The notes beneath the pieces were generated by a model. The model was given only the letters and a program-made list of their open reading frames with translations, ran no database searches and was not told the origin of the DNA. A stretch of DNA of 64,000 nt. It comes from a virus. Its lineage: Duplodnaviria; Caudoviricetes. Position 1 is the stretch's first letter. Each line of letters opens with the position of its first letter. The DNA is taken from IMG/VR virus record IMGVR_UViG_3300033076_001039, positions 64,110-128,109 of that record; one strand, given 5' to 3'. The translations under genes were made by a program, and so were the position numbers. This document shows, one piece after another, positions 50,178 to 58,889 of the stretch.

Positions 50178-51938
50178 TCATGACCCAAATAACCATCCGT
50201 ATTTTTGGTAATCCTCTTTAGTTGCATTGCCATTATTACTTAATCCGTTACCTCTACCCATTTGAGGAACCATAGGATTGAAAAATTCTGACGAATTTTT
50301 ATTTTCATTTACGGTTGTTGCCCATGAGTTAATCATAGCTTTAGTATGGTTTGTAACCTTCTCTAAAGATTGGAATGATTTCTCAGCAACATATAACGCC
50401 ATCGATACACCCATGATACAATCATCATGGTGTCCTTTTTGGTGGTCAGGTCTTCCATTAATGTATACGAATGTATTCATCTCGTTATACAATCTATTTG
50501 AATAAACCTTAAATCCATGTCTAACCGCTTCCTCAAATGCCGATATAATCTGAACACGTTTTGAGTTAAAGTTAATACCAGGAATTCTGTCGTTAATCTT
50601 GGGGTCCCATTTCCATTTATTGGAAGTGTCCACATTATCAACATATAACCCACCAGGGTAACTTAATTCTTGTAGTTTTCTTGCGGTGGAAATACCCATA
50701 CCACCCGTAATATCAATTACACAGTATGCGTTATACATGGTTCCCCATTTATATGCAACTTCTGCCAATACATCAGGTGGAATCTTGGCAACATATTCTA
50801 ACACTTGTTCTCTTGTGTCAAAATCAATAATTTGAATACTTGAGAAGTCCTCGGAGTCACCTCTTGATACATCGACACCCATTACATACTTATGTCCGTT
50901 TACAGGTTCTTTAAATATCCATAATGAACCACCCATTAGTTTTGCTTGTGGGTCACGCAACATATTTTTGGATATGTTTTGCATCAATTCAGATTCGAAT
51001 ACGTTATCACCCGAACCCAAAAAGTTACATTCCAACTCTTGTGCGACTTTTCTCCTATCAAATTTTAACTTCTTAACCATACTCTCAAACCACGCAGAAC
51101 ATGGTTTGTACCCTTGTTCCATATAGTCAGTGGTAATTGAATGGTCTCTTTCATATGGATTTTCCATAGACAAATCCACAATGTCTTTTTCTGAATACTC
51201 TTCTCTATTCAAAAGATAGTGAACCAAGTCATTAGTCTTAACCATATACAAATCTTTTGTATATCGAGGGTCACGATACCAAAACATCTCAGATATTTTG
51301 AAATCGTTCATATTTCTTAATGACTGGTCATAAATTTCATAATAAATTGGGTCATAACCATTAGGGGTGGATACAACGATTACTTTACCACCCGTAGATA
51401 GTGATGCCATACACGCAGACCAGAAATCCGCATCTGCCTCGATAAACGCCGCCTCGTCAAATACAAGAATGGTAGGGGTATAACCCCTCAAAGCATCTCG
51501 TGAGGTTGCAACGGCTTTAACTTCACAGTTATTAGTTAATTTAAAATGTCGTTGTGAGTTTTTTTCTTTTGAGAATCCAACACCAACCCATTCAGGCCAC
51601 TGTTCAGTAAATCCTCTAACCTTATTTGCCATCTCCATAGATGTATCCAACTTGTTGGCAATAATAAGAATCTTTTCGGGTTTGTTTTTCTTGGCAAATA
51701 CCAATCTTTTTGATATCCAAGCGGCAGTTACTGTTGATACACCCGCCTGACGATACTTTAACGCAATGTTTTCGTTGTAGTTATCGTAGTCCTCAATTAA
51801 ACTAACTTGGTCGGGGAAAAGGTCTAATGGGACGTATTTTGATACGGTATTATCGTATGTCTGTAAATAAGTACGAAGTGCATAAGGTGTGTTCCTCATA
51901 CACTTCGTTACTTCAATAATCAGTTGTTCTTTATTCAC
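50178..51938 (-). CDS. Terminase large subunit (T4 gp17-like)
   Basis: K.RQ.G.ST Walker A, LVFDEAAF Walker B, STPNG, QE.EC.FLGS, GVDVSRG...D.S, HDD..M. Confidence 0.95.
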   Translation of the reverse strand: MNKEQLIIEVTKCMRNTPYALRTYLQTYDNTVSKYVPLDLFPDQVSLIEDYDNYNENIALKYRQAGVSTVTAAWISKRLVFAKKNKPEKILIIANKLDTSMEMANKVRGFTEQWPEWVGVGFSKEKNSQRHFKLTNNCEVKAVATSRDALRGYTPTILVFDEAAFIEADADFWSACMASLSTGGKVIVVSTPNGYDPIYYEIYDQSLRNMNDFKISEMFWYRDPRYTKDLYMVKTNDLVHYLLNREEYSEKDIVDLSMENPYERDHSITTDYMEQGYKPCSAWFESMVKKLKFDRRKVAQELECNFLGSGDNVFESELMQNISKNMLRDPQAKLMGGSLWIFKEPVNGHKYVMGVDVSRGDSEDFSSIQIIDFDTREQVLEYVAKIPPDVLAEVAYKWGTMYNAYCVIDITGGMGISTARKLQELSYPGGLYVDNVDTSNKWKWDPKINDRIPGINFNSKRVQIISAFEEAVRHGFKVYSNRLYNEMNTFVYINGRPDHQKGHHDDCIMGVSMALYVAEKSFQSLEKVTNHTKAMINSWATTVNENKNSSEFFNPMVPQMGRGNGLSNNGNATKEDYQKYGWLFGS

Positions 51939-51943
51939 ACATG

Positions 51944-53263
51944 TTACTTAGGTCTGCTTATGCCTAAACTACCTAAGAAATCATCTAAACCATCATCATC
52001 GTCGGGGTCGATATCCTCTTCCTCTTTGTAGTTGTCATACTCATCTTTCATTTGTTTAGCTTCTTTAACAATTTCTTCAAATCGTTTTTTAGCCTTACCA
52101 ACTTTAGATGAATCTTCAGAGATGGCATTTCCAATGATTTCCAAGAATTCTTGGGCTTCAATTTGATATAATAAGATATGGAACCAATTAATCAATCCTT
52201 TGTATTCAGGGTCAAAAATATCATCAGGTAATGCAAAACGTATTTTCTCTACGATTTCAGGACCAATACGTAATTGCATTGGTTCATTTGCCAATGTGTC
52301 AACTTGACCCATAACTTTTTGTCTCATACCAGGGTCAGATGGTAATCCATGTCTACCTTTGGCTTCTTCTAAACCTTTAATAATTTCATGACAAAGGATT
52401 GGGAAAATTAAACCTGTGGCGACAATTCTAGTATCAGGTCTTTCTTCACCTTCTTCTCCTTCTCCACCACCATCTTCATCATCATCGGTATCTTCTAATT
52501 CAACTTTACCTGCAACTCCTTGACCTGTTTGACTCATCATTTCAATCATCTGTTCCATACTAAAGTATAAGAAGTCGTTGATTGCCATGATACCCAAATA
52601 GTCACGATATAATGAAGGGTCGATTGCATCCAATCTTGCTTTTACATCAGGTTTTTGGAAAAGGTAATGTCCTTTTTTTGCAGCTCCTTGGATAAGGGCG
52701 TTAATAATATTTCTTTTGTGTTTTTCTAACTCTAATATCTCTTCGTCAGTCAAATCCTCAATATCGAAAGAAGGGAATTGTAATTTTTCCTTTTTCTCTT
52801 CATCATCGTCTTCGTCCTCATCATCCTCGTCCTCATCATCTTCAGGTTCAGATTGCATTCTGAAATTATCTGTAGATGGCATCCCTAAAGAAGCTTCAAT
52901 TTCATACCAATCAGCAGGAACCTCTGCATCTTCTAATGACGCTTCTTTTGCTAACTCAATTAACTCATCTCTGTGAGCAGCTTCAATTCTCATGATGTTA
53001 GGTAGTTTTCTCATCATTTCCTGATAAATCATACCTTGTACTTGTTGAGAACTCAAATCTTCAATACCAGTAACCTGACTTAACTTATCCGCAACTTTTT
53101 GGAATCTGCTACTAACCAATCTTTGTACGTCTTCAGCACCTTTTTTCATTGCAGGATTCGTAGCATATAATCCTTCAGGACTAGCCAACTTTCTTTCAAG
53201 GTTGGGGTCCATTCTTTCGGGTCTGTTCCCGTAATTGATTTGTTCTTTAATTTTTCTTGCCAT
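51944..53263 (-). CDS. Hypothetical acidic protein
   Basis: 439-aa ORF upstream of terminase. Confidence 0.65.
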   Translation of the reverse strand: MARKIKEQINYGNRPERMDPNLERKLASPEGLYATNPAMKKGAEDVQRLVSSRFQKVADKLSQVTGIEDLSSQQVQGMIYQEMMRKLPNIMRIEAAHRDELIELAKEASLEDAEVPADWYEIEASLGMPSTDNFRMQSEPEDDEDEDDEDEDDDEEKKEKLQFPSFDIEDLTDEEILELEKHKRNIINALIQGAAKKGHYLFQKPDVKARLDAIDPSLYRDYLGIMAINDFLYFSMEQMIEMMSQTGQGVAGKVELEDTDDDEDGGGEGEEGEERPDTRIVATGLIFPILCHEIIKGLEEAKGRHGLPSDPGMRQKVMGQVDTLANEPMQLRIGPEIVEKIRFALPDDIFDPEYKGLINWFHILLYQIEAQEFLEIIGNAISEDSSKVGKAKKRFEEIVKEAKQMKDEYDNYKEEEDIDPDDDDGLDDFLGSLGISRPK

Positions 53264-53265
53264 GA

Positions 53266-54042
53266 TTATTTTTGTAGTATTTGCATTATAACGTCAATCA
53301 CTTTTTCCTTTGCATCTTCAGGTGATACCTTTTTAGCTTTTGGAGCTGGGTTTTCACCAGGATTAGGATTTTTACCAGGGTGAGCAGGTCTTGGTTTCTT
53401 ACCTGGTGATACACCTGGTTTTGTAGGTGCTGGTTTTGTTGTTGGTGAAGGTGAAGTACCTTGTTCAGTAATGTATTTTACTAAGTCACCTTTTGTAATT
53501 TTTGGAGGCATGTGTTTTTCCACGATTTTTTGTATTTGAGATTCTAAGTACAAAGATACAGGATTTTTTCCTTCCTTCAACTGGTCTTTAACAGATTTAA
53601 CACATCTTTCAAATTTTCTTGTCTTTTTTGGTCCAACTTGAGCGTGACAAATTGCCCATGGATTTGGTTCTCCTTGTTTTTCTTCTGACATTCCAATCAT
53701 ATTACTATCATGATTTTGTGGAGATGTATCATCATCCATACCATCATCAGCTTCTTGGTCTTGGTCATGAGAACCTTGTTGACCTGTATATGCTTGGTCA
53801 GCATCCAAATCAAAATCATCCTCCTCACCTAATCCAAGTTTTTTCATTTTAACTTCAAGACCAGTTAATTTTTGGTCTAAAGCATCAATATCTTTCATTT
53901 TTTCAGCAACCTTGGGATTAGTTGCTTGTTCGGCAAACATTTTTTTATGTAATACGTTAATTTGAGATTCGTTTAACTTACTAACAGTATTAGAAGATAA
54001 ACCTTTCTCAATTAATTGGAGTGCTTTTATATTAGTTTTCAT
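53266..54042 (-). CDS. Candidate internal head protein
   Basis: LNE, LES and ITE sites; NPWAIC...FERCV module; P/K-rich tail. Start set at ATG 54042. Confidence 0.6.
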   Translation of the reverse strand: MKTNIKALQLIEKGLSSNTVSKLNESQINVLHKKMFAEQATNPKVAEKMKDIDALDQKLTGLEVKMKKLGLGEEDDFDLDADQAYTGQQGSHDQDQEADDGMDDDTSPQNHDSNMIGMSEEKQGEPNPWAICHAQVGPKKTRKFERCVKSVKDQLKEGKNPVSLYLESQIQKIVEKHMPPKITKGDLVKYITEQGTSPSPTTKPAPTKPGVSPGKKPRPAHPGKNPNPGENPAPKAKKVSPEDAKEKVIDVIMQILQK

Positions 54043-54427
54043 AAACGACTTTATTTTCAAATTCTAAAATTAAATCTCTTTCATAGAGTTTATCTTTTAT
54101 TTCTTGTTCTGTGTTCCCAAATCTAAAAACGAATCTTTTTTGATTTTCATTTTCTTCAGGTTCCCAGGCCAATGCAATTACATCATCCATTGCATCTATC
54201 ATAGAAAAAAAATCGGAGTTCTGAATCAATTCCAATTTTAAATCAGTATTTCTCAGAACTCCTACTTTCTTAATGTATTTTATTTCAGGTGGTGATGGGT
54301 ATCCGTTGGAAGGTCTACTTTCCCAAGAATCTCCCCAAACATCCAAACTATCTGAAAAAATAAACTCATATAAATTATCTCCCTTATAGTTAGGACCAAG
54401 TCCATTAACATAAGTTAAATAACTCAT
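54032..54427 (-). CDS. Hypothetical protein
   Basis: Operonic ORF. Confidence 0.65.
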   Translation of the reverse strand: MSYLTYVNGLGPNYKGDNLYEFIFSDSLDVWGDSWESRPSNGYPSPPEIKYIKKVGVLRNTDLKLELIQNSDFFSMIDAMDDVIALAWEPEENENQKRFVFRFGNTEQEIKDKLYERDLILEFENKVVYEN

Positions 54428-55656
54428 AGTATTTCTCCGTTTGGTGTAATTTTAACTTGACCTGACTTGGTTTCAAAAACCAAATTCTTTTTATTTGTAA
54501 TTCCAACAAATTTAGAATTTACGTTTTCTTTTACAAATCTTTCTGCAGCTAATTCTTGTTCAATAGTCTCAGTCATTTTTGTAACTGATTCCATGATAGT
54601 TTTAACAACTGCTCTTTTTTGTAATTGTTGTTTTACTTGTTTTTCTTTTTGTTCTCTAATTTCTCTTTTAGATACTTCAAAATATTTTGAAATTACTTTG
54701 TCAACTTGAGATTCACCAAAAATACTATCGAAGATTGCTCCGTTTCCGTAGTTTTCCTCTTCCATTTCAAATCCTTCAACAGGAAGGTCCATGTCAGCTT
54801 GAATATCTTCAACTTCAGTATCATCTGTAAAATCTTCACCGTCCATATCATCTTCTTGACCAAATTCTTCAGTTTCATCCTCTTCAAATTTTGACATAAT
54901 ATCTTCCTTATCTTCTTCAGATAATGATGTTAAATCAAGAGCGGATAATACCATATTAATAACGTATTTAACATCTTCAGATGTCATTCCCTCTTCATTA
55001 TCAAGAGTTCTGATTTTTTGAGTTAATTTACCTGTTAACTTTTGAATTGTTTTGAAAGTAACTTTATCCTCAAGATTTTCACCACCTTCTTCTGCGTCAA
55101 TATCAACGTCAACGTCAAGTTCTTCACCGCCCATGTCATCCATCGGCATTTCTTCATCACCCATCGGCATTTCTTCACCACCCATGTCAGTAGGTGACGG
55201 TGGTAATTCAGGTGATGGAACTGATGGTGGTGCCGCTGGTGGTGCCGCCATTGGTTCAGGTGCGGGAGCTGCAGGTTTTGGAGTTTTTAATGTGAATTTT
55301 TTTTGTTCACCATATAAAGAAACTCCTTCCTCATTTTCATTAATTCTATTTAATTCACCTGCGACAATATTCAATCTTTTTAAAGCTTGTGAATATGAAG
55401 AATAGTATTTTCTATTTTTCATAGGTTCAATATAATCACTTTCTGATTCAGAAATTGTTTTCTTGATTATATAACCTTGTCTTTCTTTAACGATTTGATA
55501 GTTATTACCGTCCGCAAGAGATATTGAATACTCTGTCGAAGCATTTTCATTAATAGTTTTAGGAACCACTTCTTTGAATCTAGCGATTTCCATGATTCTA
55601 TTTAACTTGTCTTGGCCTGTAAGTTTTTCACTTCCAATTGGTTTTAAGTCTGCCAT
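54424..55656 (-). CDS. Acidic hypothetical protein (prohead core-like)
   Basis: D/E/M/P-rich tracts and multiple I/L-x-E sites. Confidence 0.6.
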   Translation of the reverse strand: MADLKPIGSEKLTGQDKLNRIMEIARFKEVVPKTINENASTEYSISLADGNNYQIVKERQGYIIKKTISESESDYIEPMKNRKYYSSYSQALKRLNIVAGELNRINENEEGVSLYGEQKKFTLKTPKPAAPAPEPMAAPPAAPPSVPSPELPPSPTDMGGEEMPMGDEEMPMDDMGGEELDVDVDIDAEEGGENLEDKVTFKTIQKLTGKLTQKIRTLDNEEGMTSEDVKYVINMVLSALDLTSLSEEDKEDIMSKFEEDETEEFGQEDDMDGEDFTDDTEVEDIQADMDLPVEGFEMEEENYGNGAIFDSIFGESQVDKVISKYFEVSKREIREQKEKQVKQQLQKRAVVKTIMESVTKMTETIEQELAAERFVKENVNSKFVGITNKKNLVFETKSGQVKITPNGEIL

Positions 55657-55675
55657 ATTTGTTGTTCTTTATATT

Positions 55676-56908
55676 TTAGTTATTTAGTCCTTGGAAACCT
55701 CCAAGAGTAATTCCGTTTAATTGTTGTACTGGTACTCCATTAGCATCTAAGAATACAGGGTGTGGTGCGTAAGCTCCTGAGAAATCTGCAGTACCTCCAC
55801 TAAATCCACCTAAAATATCTAAGGTGTATGCGTATTGGTCATCTGCCGAGAATCCTGTAAATCCAGGCGTAATGGACGGTGTTGGTGTTACCGCTGGTGT
55901 ACCTGTCTGTGTTTGTGTTGGAGTATTAGTAGGTGTTTTTGTTGGTGTTACCGATGGTGTACCTGTCTGTGTTTGTGTTGGAGTATTAGTAGGTGTCTTT
56001 GTTGGTGTTGGTGTTTGAGTTGTGGTATTAGTTGGTGTTTTAGTAACTGTTGGTGTTGGTGTAACCGCTGCAGTACCTGTTTGAGTATTAGTTGGTGTTG
56101 GCGTACTTGTCGCTGTTTTAGTTGGTGTATTAGTTGGGGTAGTTGTATTTGTTGGTGTATTAGTAGGGGTTTTAGTAGGGGTTGTTGTATTTGTTGGTGT
56201 ATTTGTTGAAGTGACACTTGGGGTTGGTGTTGGTAAAGGACACGGTCCTATTACTGTAAATGAACCATCTCCACTAATAACCGTTACAAATGTACCACAC
56301 CTTATAACACTATTATACGGACCTATGTTAAATGTTGTTGTTATTCCGTCACAATCTTTGAATCCAAAGAAACTACCTGTTGAGCCCCCATTTAATTCAT
56401 ATGTTTTACATACACCAGGAGTCTCACTTGGTGTAGGTGAATGACTTGGTGTATTTGTTTGAGTTGGAGTATTTGTTTGAGTTGGAGTATTTGTTGGTGT
56501 TTTAGTTTGAGTTGGAGTATTTGTTGGTGTTTTAGTTTGAGTTGGTGTTACTGTTGAAGTAGTTGTTGGTGTCGGAGTACTAGTTGATGTTACTGTTGGA
56601 GTTGGCGTGACATCTGGTTCGACACTACACATGGTAATAGATTTCACCAATCTGTCTGATGTGTTATTGGCATCCCTCGCTAAAACCCAATATGTTTGAC
56701 CACTAAAGACTCCACTAAACACAGGAGTATTACCTGGTGTATTGTTTACAGAACTAAATCCGCTATTATAACTAGTCGCTCCAGATTCACTACTAAAAGT
56801 TGTTGGTGCGTATTCATAAACTCCCGAACCTCCCGTAAACCCACTCATCCCAAGAAATACTGGTGGAGAGTCACAATTTATCGAATATACTGAATAATTA
56901 ATTGCCAT
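55676..56908 (-). CDS. Thr/Pro mucin-like virion protein
   Basis: Two TPTNT tracts; CKT...CPLPTP module shared with 4696-6453; TATTTAT at 56923-56929. Confidence 0.75.
   Translation of the reverse strand: MAINYSVYSINCDSPPVFLGMSGFTGGSGVYEYAPTTFSSESGATSYNSGFSSVNNTPGNTPVFSGVFSGQTYWVLARDANNTSDRLVKSITMCSVEPDVTPTPTVTSTSTPTPTTTSTVTPTQTKTPTNTPTQTKTPTNTPTQTNTPTQTNTPSHSPTPSETPGVCKTYELNGGSTGSFFGFKDCDGITTTFNIGPYNSVIRCGTFVTVISGDGSFTVIGPCPLPTPTPSVTSTNTPTNTTTPTKTPTNTPTNTTTPTNTPTKTATSTPTPTNTQTGTAAVTPTPTVTKTPTNTTTQTPTPTKTPTNTPTQTQTGTPSVTPTKTPTNTPTQTQTGTPAVTPTPSITPGFTGFSADDQYAYTLDILGGFSGGTADFSGAYAPHPVFLDANGVPVQQLNGITLGGFQGLNN
55881..56000. repeat. 60-bp tandem duplication
   Basis: 55881-55940 and 55941-56000 differ at 2 positions. 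Confidence 0.9.
56481..56540. repeat. 30-bp exact tandem duplication
   Basis: gttggagtatttgttggtgttttagtttga x2. Confidence 0.9.
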
Positions 56909-56934
56909 CGATTTTTTTCTTAATAAATATACGA

Positions 56935-57678
56935 TTAATGTGAATTATTTGAATATTCTTGAATTGTTCTTTCAACAGACAACTCTTTGTCGGTTTCCTT
57001 GTTTGCAGTGTCAAATAATTTTTCAATATGACCTGACCTTCTTAAGAATTTAAATACAAGGTTTTCGTAAGATAATTCACCATCTTTTTCGAGTCCTGAC
57101 TTTCTATATTCTTTTAGTTTTTCTTTGATTTTTTCCAAGTCTTTACCCTCATCAATTGCGGTGTCAATCTTCTCAACCCAACATTTAATCTTATTTGTTA
57201 AGACTTCTTTATCAACGTTATTTTTGAATTCTTTAGGTTTTGTAACCCATTCGTTATTCATAATAGAATATACTCCTGAGCTTGTATGAATCTCCTCAAC
57301 ATCTTGAGCATACAATTCAACATCATATCCAAAGATTTTGATATTGTGTTTGTCATTGAAAACTTGTTTTTTCAAGTTAAACAATTCTTTATATAATTCC
57401 GATTGGTTTTCATATTGTTGTAGGTCAACAATAATGTGTAAGTCAAAGTCAGAAAACTCGGACCAATTATAATTTGCCAATGAACCTGTAAGATGAATAT
57501 CATCAACAAAAACCTCATCACCTAAATAATCAATAAACTTTTCAGCGATGAGCATAAGTGCCTTTCTGACCTTTGGTTTCATAACCGCTTTGTCAGGATT
57601 GTTTGGGTTATCCCAAATTTTCGGATTCAAACTATCTTTGACCGAAAAACTATTAAGGATTTTTTGGAAATTACTCAT
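56935..57678 (-). CDS. Pol-beta superfamily nucleotidyltransferase
   Basis: LTGSLANYNWS..SDFDLH and third carboxylate in DVELY; TATTTAT at 57684-57690. Confidence 0.8.
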   Translation of the reverse strand: MSNFQKILNSFSVKDSLNPKIWDNPNNPDKAVMKPKVRKALMLIAEKFIDYLGDEVFVDDIHLTGSLANYNWSEFSDFDLHIIVDLQQYENQSELYKELFNLKKQVFNDKHNIKIFGYDVELYAQDVEEIHTSSGVYSIMNNEWVTKPKEFKNNVDKEVLTNKIKCWVEKIDTAIDEGKDLEKIKEKLKEYRKSGLEKDGELSYENLVFKFLRRSGHIEKLFDTANKETDKELSVERTIQEYSNNSH

Positions 57679-57699
57679 CCTTAATAAATAGTATGAAAA

Positions 57700-57942
57700 T
57701 TAAACTTTTTTATATGAATATTGTTTAGCAATGTCAGTTGTAAAAAATTTACCCTGAGATTCTGCCAATCGGAACTTCGTATATACTTGGTGAGGTACGT
57801 TGTCGTACTTGTATTTTGCTCCGTTATTGAATTCTACAACCAACTCTTTTGATTCAGTGTCGTATTCAGATGCTTTAATATTTGAAGATTTAATTTGATT
57901 TTTAATCTTCGTCCCATCGATTTCTTCTTTGATTATGGCCAT
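57700..57942 (-). CDS. KTSC-domain protein
   Basis: SSNI....YD...L.VEF.NG..Y.Y..VP...Y..F..A.S.G.FF...I. Confidence 0.9.
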   Translation of the reverse strand: MAIIKEEIDGTKIKNQIKSSNIKASEYDTESKELVVEFNNGAKYKYDNVPHQVYTKFRLAESQGKFFTTDIAKQYSYKKV

Positions 57943-58234
57943 GTTCACTTAGTGGTGTTAGTTCATTTATTTTTGACATTAATGGTTGGATGTAGTTTAT
58001 CAACTCATTTAATGACATATCAAAACCATAAGAATTAGTATGTTTAAGTAAAGATTCTTTTAAGTCATTAAACTTATTAAATAATCTTATCATGGTTGGT
58101 GTGTACGTTGGTGGTTTTTTTAAATCATTTTCACTAAAACCCAACTCTTGGAAATGTTGTCTCAATTCAAGATACGTGTCAAGTAATTCTCTCAACGTAA
58201 GTGACTCTTCCAAAAATTTTTCATATGGTCTCAT
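57902..58234 (-). CDS. Hypothetical protein
   Basis: Starts MRPYEKFLEES; TATTTATA at 58238-58245. Confidence 0.6.
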   Translation of the reverse strand: MRPYEKFLEESLTLRELLDTYLELRQHFQELGFSENDLKKPPTYTPTMIRLFNKFNDLKESLLKHTNSYGFDMSLNELINYIQPLMSKINELTPLSEHGHNQRRNRWDED

Positions 58235-58246
58235 GGTTATAAATAT

Positions 58247-58274
58247 TAAACCCCCACCGTTTTGGTGAGGGTTT
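58247..58274 (-). terminator. Terminator after UVR gene
   Basis: AAACCC-CCACC-gtttt-GGTG-AGGGTTT hairpin. Confidence 0.6.
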
Positions 58275-58277
58275 CTG

Positions 58278-58700
58278 TTAAGACCTTAATTTTTTTAATT
58301 TGTCTCGTAGTTCGATAGAAAGTTCAAAGTTTTGGTCTTCGATAGATTTCTTTAATGCCGATTCGAGCTTTTCAATTTGTTCTTTATTGGTTCCCAAATT
58401 TTTGATTTGGTCTCTTAACCTAACCGCCTCTTCGAAATCTTCTTTTTCGATTGCTCGTTCAAGTTTAATTTTAAGGTATTCTTCCTTGCTCATCTCTTTT
58501 GAATTGGGAGCGTCAAAGTCAGATAAGTCAAATACCTTAACATAACTAGTGTAACGGTAATTTCCATCAGGAGATTCATAAGATTCTTTTTTCCAATCGT
58601 CTTTATTTAAAGAACTTATGTTTTTATCAAAGTCCTCCATCATTTTGTTGTAACGAGCCATCAGCTCATCAATGTTTAAATTAAATCTTCTACCAAACAT
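58278..58700 (-). CDS. Protein with two tandem UVR (UvrB/C) motifs
   Basis: LERAIEKEDFEEAVRLRDQI and LKKSIEDQNFELSIELRDKL. Confidence 0.85.
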   Translation of the reverse strand: MFGRRFNLNIDELMARYNKMMEDFDKNISSLNKDDWKKESYESPDGNYRYTSYVKVFDLSDFDAPNSKEMSKEEYLKIKLERAIEKEDFEEAVRLRDQIKNLGTNKEQIEKLESALKKSIEDQNFELSIELRDKLKKLRS

Positions 58701-58743
58701 ATTTTTTTTGTTTTATTTAAATTTATTAATTACTTTTGTTCTT

Positions 58744-58864
58744 GTCAAGTTTCATACCATCATAAATATATGGTCAGAAAATTAATAGTATATGACAAAA
58801 TGTCAGTATAAAAAAAATTTTACTGACAATTTGACAAACCGCTTGGATATGTATGAAATTTGAC
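58744..58864. promoter_or_regulatory. Symmetric divergent control region: two outward sigma54-like boxes around TGACA-N3-TG(T/A)CA sites
   Basis: Minus strand TGGTATG-AAAC-TTGA (58745-58759); plus strand GTATGAAATTTGAC (58851-58864); TGACAAAATGTCA (58793-58805); TGACAATTTGACA (58824-58836). Confidence 0.55.
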
Positions 58865-58889
58865 GGACATTTGTAAAACAATTAAAAAT

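Noticed and set aside
50178-51938. Intein or intron in terminase, portal or MCP
   Set aside because: Lengths are near normal; no C...HN intein ends or homing endonuclease motifs were seen.
58731-58738. TACTTTTG as the sigmaA promoter of clpC
   Set aside because: No properly spaced -33 TTTG and about 150 nt from the start; may be chance in AT-rich DNA.
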